Source of the DNA: Nitrospirota bacterium
GTDB taxonomy: Bacteria; Nitrospirota; UBA9217
DNA length: 64,000 bases
Assembly: GCA_963796285.1 (NCBI GenBank)
Contig: CAWCKW010000013.1
Location: forward strand, 550,442 to 614,441
Direction: 5' to 3'
The translations under genes and the position numbers were made by a program. The notes beneath the pieces were generated by a model, which had not been told where the DNA came from, did no database searches, and saw only the letters and a list, made by a program, of their open reading frames with translations. Positions 61,644 to 64,000 of the stretch are shown one piece after another; position 1 is the stretch's first letter, and each line of letters opens with the position of its first letter.

Positions 61644-62423
61644 TTATCGTACGGTAAAGATCTTCGTGGACTGATAACGGTGGGCCACATAGAGGGTAAG
61701 ATCATCGGTTGCGATCTCGCGGTGGGTCTTGAGTGCAACATCGGGGGTATTATTCTCTTCCGAGAGGTGGGCCAGACATGCCCACTGAAGACGCTTTTCT
61801 CTCGAGGCGCGGCACAACAATTCCGCAGCCTCAAGGTTCGAAAGATGGCCTTTGGGCCCTTTGATCCGCTGCTTGAGATAGGCCGGGTAAGGGCCGGCAG
61901 CGAGCATGGCGGGATCGTAATTGCTCTCCAGAAAGACAGCGTCGAGCGACGCCACGATATAGGCAAGGTCCTTGAAGACGTGCCCGAGGTCCGTCAGCAC
62001 GCCGAGCCGCTTCGTGCCCGCCTCGACCACGAAGGCGGAACCGTCCACGCCGTCGTGCGGCGTGGGGATCGCGTGCACGACCACATCGCCTATCTTGATC
62101 TTGTCGCAGGACCTGAAGTTGCGCACGTCGGTAAGCTTGCCGAGGTTGCACCGCGAAGCGGCTGCCGCCAGCGTTGCCGGCGTAACGTAGATCGGTATGC
62201 CGAATTTTCTCTGATACACTCCCGCATGGCGGATGTGGTCGCTGTGGTCATGGGATATGATCACCGCATCGACCGTGCGAATATCCCTCCCGTGCGCGGC
62301 AAGCCGCTCCTGCGCCTGCACGCCCGTGATCCCGGCGTCGATCAGCAGCCTGACGCCCCCGGCCTCGATATATATGCAATTCCCGCTGCTGCCTGATTGA
62401 AGTGAAATTGCGATCATGGTCAT
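61644..62423 (-). CDS. MBL-fold metallohydrolase (YycJ/WalJ-like)
   Basis: SGSSGN, LIDAG, SHDHSDH, TDLG, ESNYD, GHLSN, LAHLSEENN. Confidence 0.9.
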   Translation of the reverse strand: MTMIAISLQSGSSGNCIYIEAGGVRLLIDAGITGVQAQERLAAHGRDIRTVDAVIISHDHSDHIRHAGVYQRKFGIPIYVTPATLAAAASRCNLGKLTDVRNFRSCDKIKIGDVVVHAIPTPHDGVDGSAFVVEAGTKRLGVLTDLGHVFKDLAYIVASLDAVFLESNYDPAMLAAGPYPAYLKQRIKGPKGHLSNLEAAELLCRASREKRLQWACLAHLSEENNTPDVALKTHREIATDDLTLYVAHRYQSTKIFTVR

Positions 62424-62584
62424 GGTGAAAGCACTTTAGCAGTCCCACCCCGGAAAGTCAACACCGCCGTTGCAACATACCCTGTCAAGAATATCCTTGA
62501 GGGTCGTCCTCACTTCCCTGTATAATGCTGCTGCGCGGGACAGACGCTTGACGTCAGGAAAAGCCGCGCCTCAACTGATCTACT

Positions 62585-63325
62585 ATGAATAAAACCTCTC
62601 TTCTCGATAATATCAGCATTGTCCTCGTGGATACGAAAACGCCGGCAAACATCGGGGCAACAGCACGATGCATGATGAACATGGGTCTTAAAAACCTCAT
62701 CCTCGTTGACCCGCCAAAGGACAAACATCAGGACGCCCTCAAGCTTGCCGTGGGCGCCCATGAGATCATCGAGAAGTCCGCGGTGTTCCCGGTCCTCGCT
62801 GAGGCGCTTGCCGATCATGGGCTCGTCATCGGGACATCGAGGCATGCGGGCAAACAGCGTAAAAACATCCGAACTCCCCGAGAAGTGGCGGAACAGGTGA
62901 TTCCGCTTCTCTCGAAAAACCGCGTAGCAATCGTATTCGGCAACGAAGTGAACGGGCTGGAAAACAGGGACCTTGCGCTTTGTCATGAGATCGTAGCCAT
63001 ACCATCTTCGGACGAATTCCCGTCTTTGAACCTTTCTCATGCCGTCATGATAATTGCCTATGAGCTTTTTCTTGCGTCAGGAGTTCGCACAGGACGGGCG
63101 GCCAAAAAGCTTGCGCGTTTTGATGAGACCGAGGGCTTTTATCGGCAGTTTCGAGGGACCCTTCAGACGATAGGCTTTCTTGAGCACGAAAACCCTGAGC
63201 GCTTGATGTTTTCGCTCCGACAGCTCTTCGGCAGGGCGCGACTGACCGGCCGCGAGGTCAGGATGTTACGCGGCGTTCTGAGCGCCGTCGACAGGGTAGT
63301 CAATGATGGCAAGAAGGACCGTTAA
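62585..63325 (+). CDS. trmJ: SPOUT tRNA methyltransferase, TrmJ/LasT family
   Basis: IVLV....ANIGATAR.M.NMG, VFGNE..GL, SLNLSHAV.IIAYE. Confidence 0.85.
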   Translation: MNKTSLLDNISIVLVDTKTPANIGATARCMMNMGLKNLILVDPPKDKHQDALKLAVGAHEIIEKSAVFPVLAEALADHGLVIGTSRHAGKQRKNIRTPREVAEQVIPLLSKNRVAIVFGNEVNGLENRDLALCHEIVAIPSSDEFPSLNLSHAVMIIAYELFLASGVRTGRAAKKLARFDETEGFYRQFRGTLQTIGFLEHENPERLMFSLRQLFGRARLTGREVRMLRGVLSAVDRVVNDGKKDR

Positions 63326-63549
63326 GCCTTCTCAGATTATGGTTATAAAATAAAATTAATTATATATTCCCCCTTGACTTTTCTCTTCAATTGACAGTAT
63401 ATTATGGTCAAGAAAAATAAATATGGGTGATAAGGAGGGCCCTTGATTCTCTTCGCGTGAATTGTGTGAATAACGCTTTTTGATTCGGATGAGCGCCATT
63501 GCGAGAGGGAAAATCTCCATACCTTTATCTTATTTTTTACGAGGATGTT

Positions 63550-63918
63550 ATGAAGAAAAATTGCTGGGAACATAAGAATTGCGGCAGGCAGCCAGGCGGA
63601 CACAAGGCCCAGGAGCTTGGCGTGTGCCCGGTCACGACCTATCAGGCGCTGGACGGCGCGCACGAGGGAAAGAACGCGGGCAGGGCATGCTGGGCGATCG
63701 TCGGCTCCCTCTGCGGCGGCAAGATCCAGGGCACCTATGCGCAGAAATTTAACAACTGCTGGAGATGCGATTTTATGATTGCGGTAAAAAAAGAGGAAGA
63801 GCCGACGACGTTCGGGTTTTCAGCCACGCGTCTCGGTTTGGACAGAGCACTTGAGAAACAGCATACCATGGCAGACGGCCTGTCTCTCTCGGCGTCCCGT
63901 GAGGCGGAGCGGGATTAA
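63550..63918 (+). CDS. Small Cys-rich two-CW-type domain protein
   Basis: NCWE.KNCGR...GVCP...GKNAGRACW...GSLCGG..QG......NCWRCDF; SD GAGG; TTGACT-18-TATATT at 63374-63403. Confidence 0.75.
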   Translation: MKKNCWEHKNCGRQPGGHKAQELGVCPVTTYQALDGAHEGKNAGRACWAIVGSLCGGKIQGTYAQKFNNCWRCDFMIAVKKEEEPTTFGFSATRLGLDRALEKQHTMADGLSLSASREAERD

Positions 63919-64000
63919 GCCGTTTGCACGTTTGAATAATACTATTTTGTATCGACCGTAAGCCACAGAAGGCAATACCTTCCGTGGCTTTTTCTATCAA

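Overview
A mostly GC-rich stretch of core bacterial chromosome. Gene content suggests an anaerobic Nitrospirota or Desulfobacterota-like organism; this is an inference from gene families, not from marker genes. Housekeeping and metabolic genes: coaX, birA, nadC, valS, galT-like, icd, mnmA, cytochrome c biogenesis ResB/CcsA, HU, ftsH, CBS-pyrophosphatase, glgP, rnj, a divergent two-subunit pyruvate-carboxylase-like enzyme, an ABC1 kinase and trmJ. Accessory loci: (1) an AT-rich FabF-ACP-FAD desaturase/reductase cluster running into a hybrid histidine kinase whose sensor half is also AT-rich; (2) a CheR/CheB-less PatA-CheY-CheW-MCP-CheA (Pil-Chp/Tax-type) operon followed by a RomR-like regulator with eight 32-aa repeats; (3) a membrane ankyrin protein ending in a secretin-N0/STN-like domain, beside a pilin-like gene; (4) a tungstate ABC locus with an extra TupA lacking a signal peptide, a divergent LysR with clear operator boxes, and a porin remnant; (5) an orphan integron-like cassette with an attC-like site. 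Intergenic DNA carries several palindromic repeat families, some of which appear in frame inside valS and the carboxylase. Several genes, including essential valS, are frameshifted in clusters, most likely from sequencing or assembly indels. No rRNA, tRNA, CRISPR array or transposase was seen.
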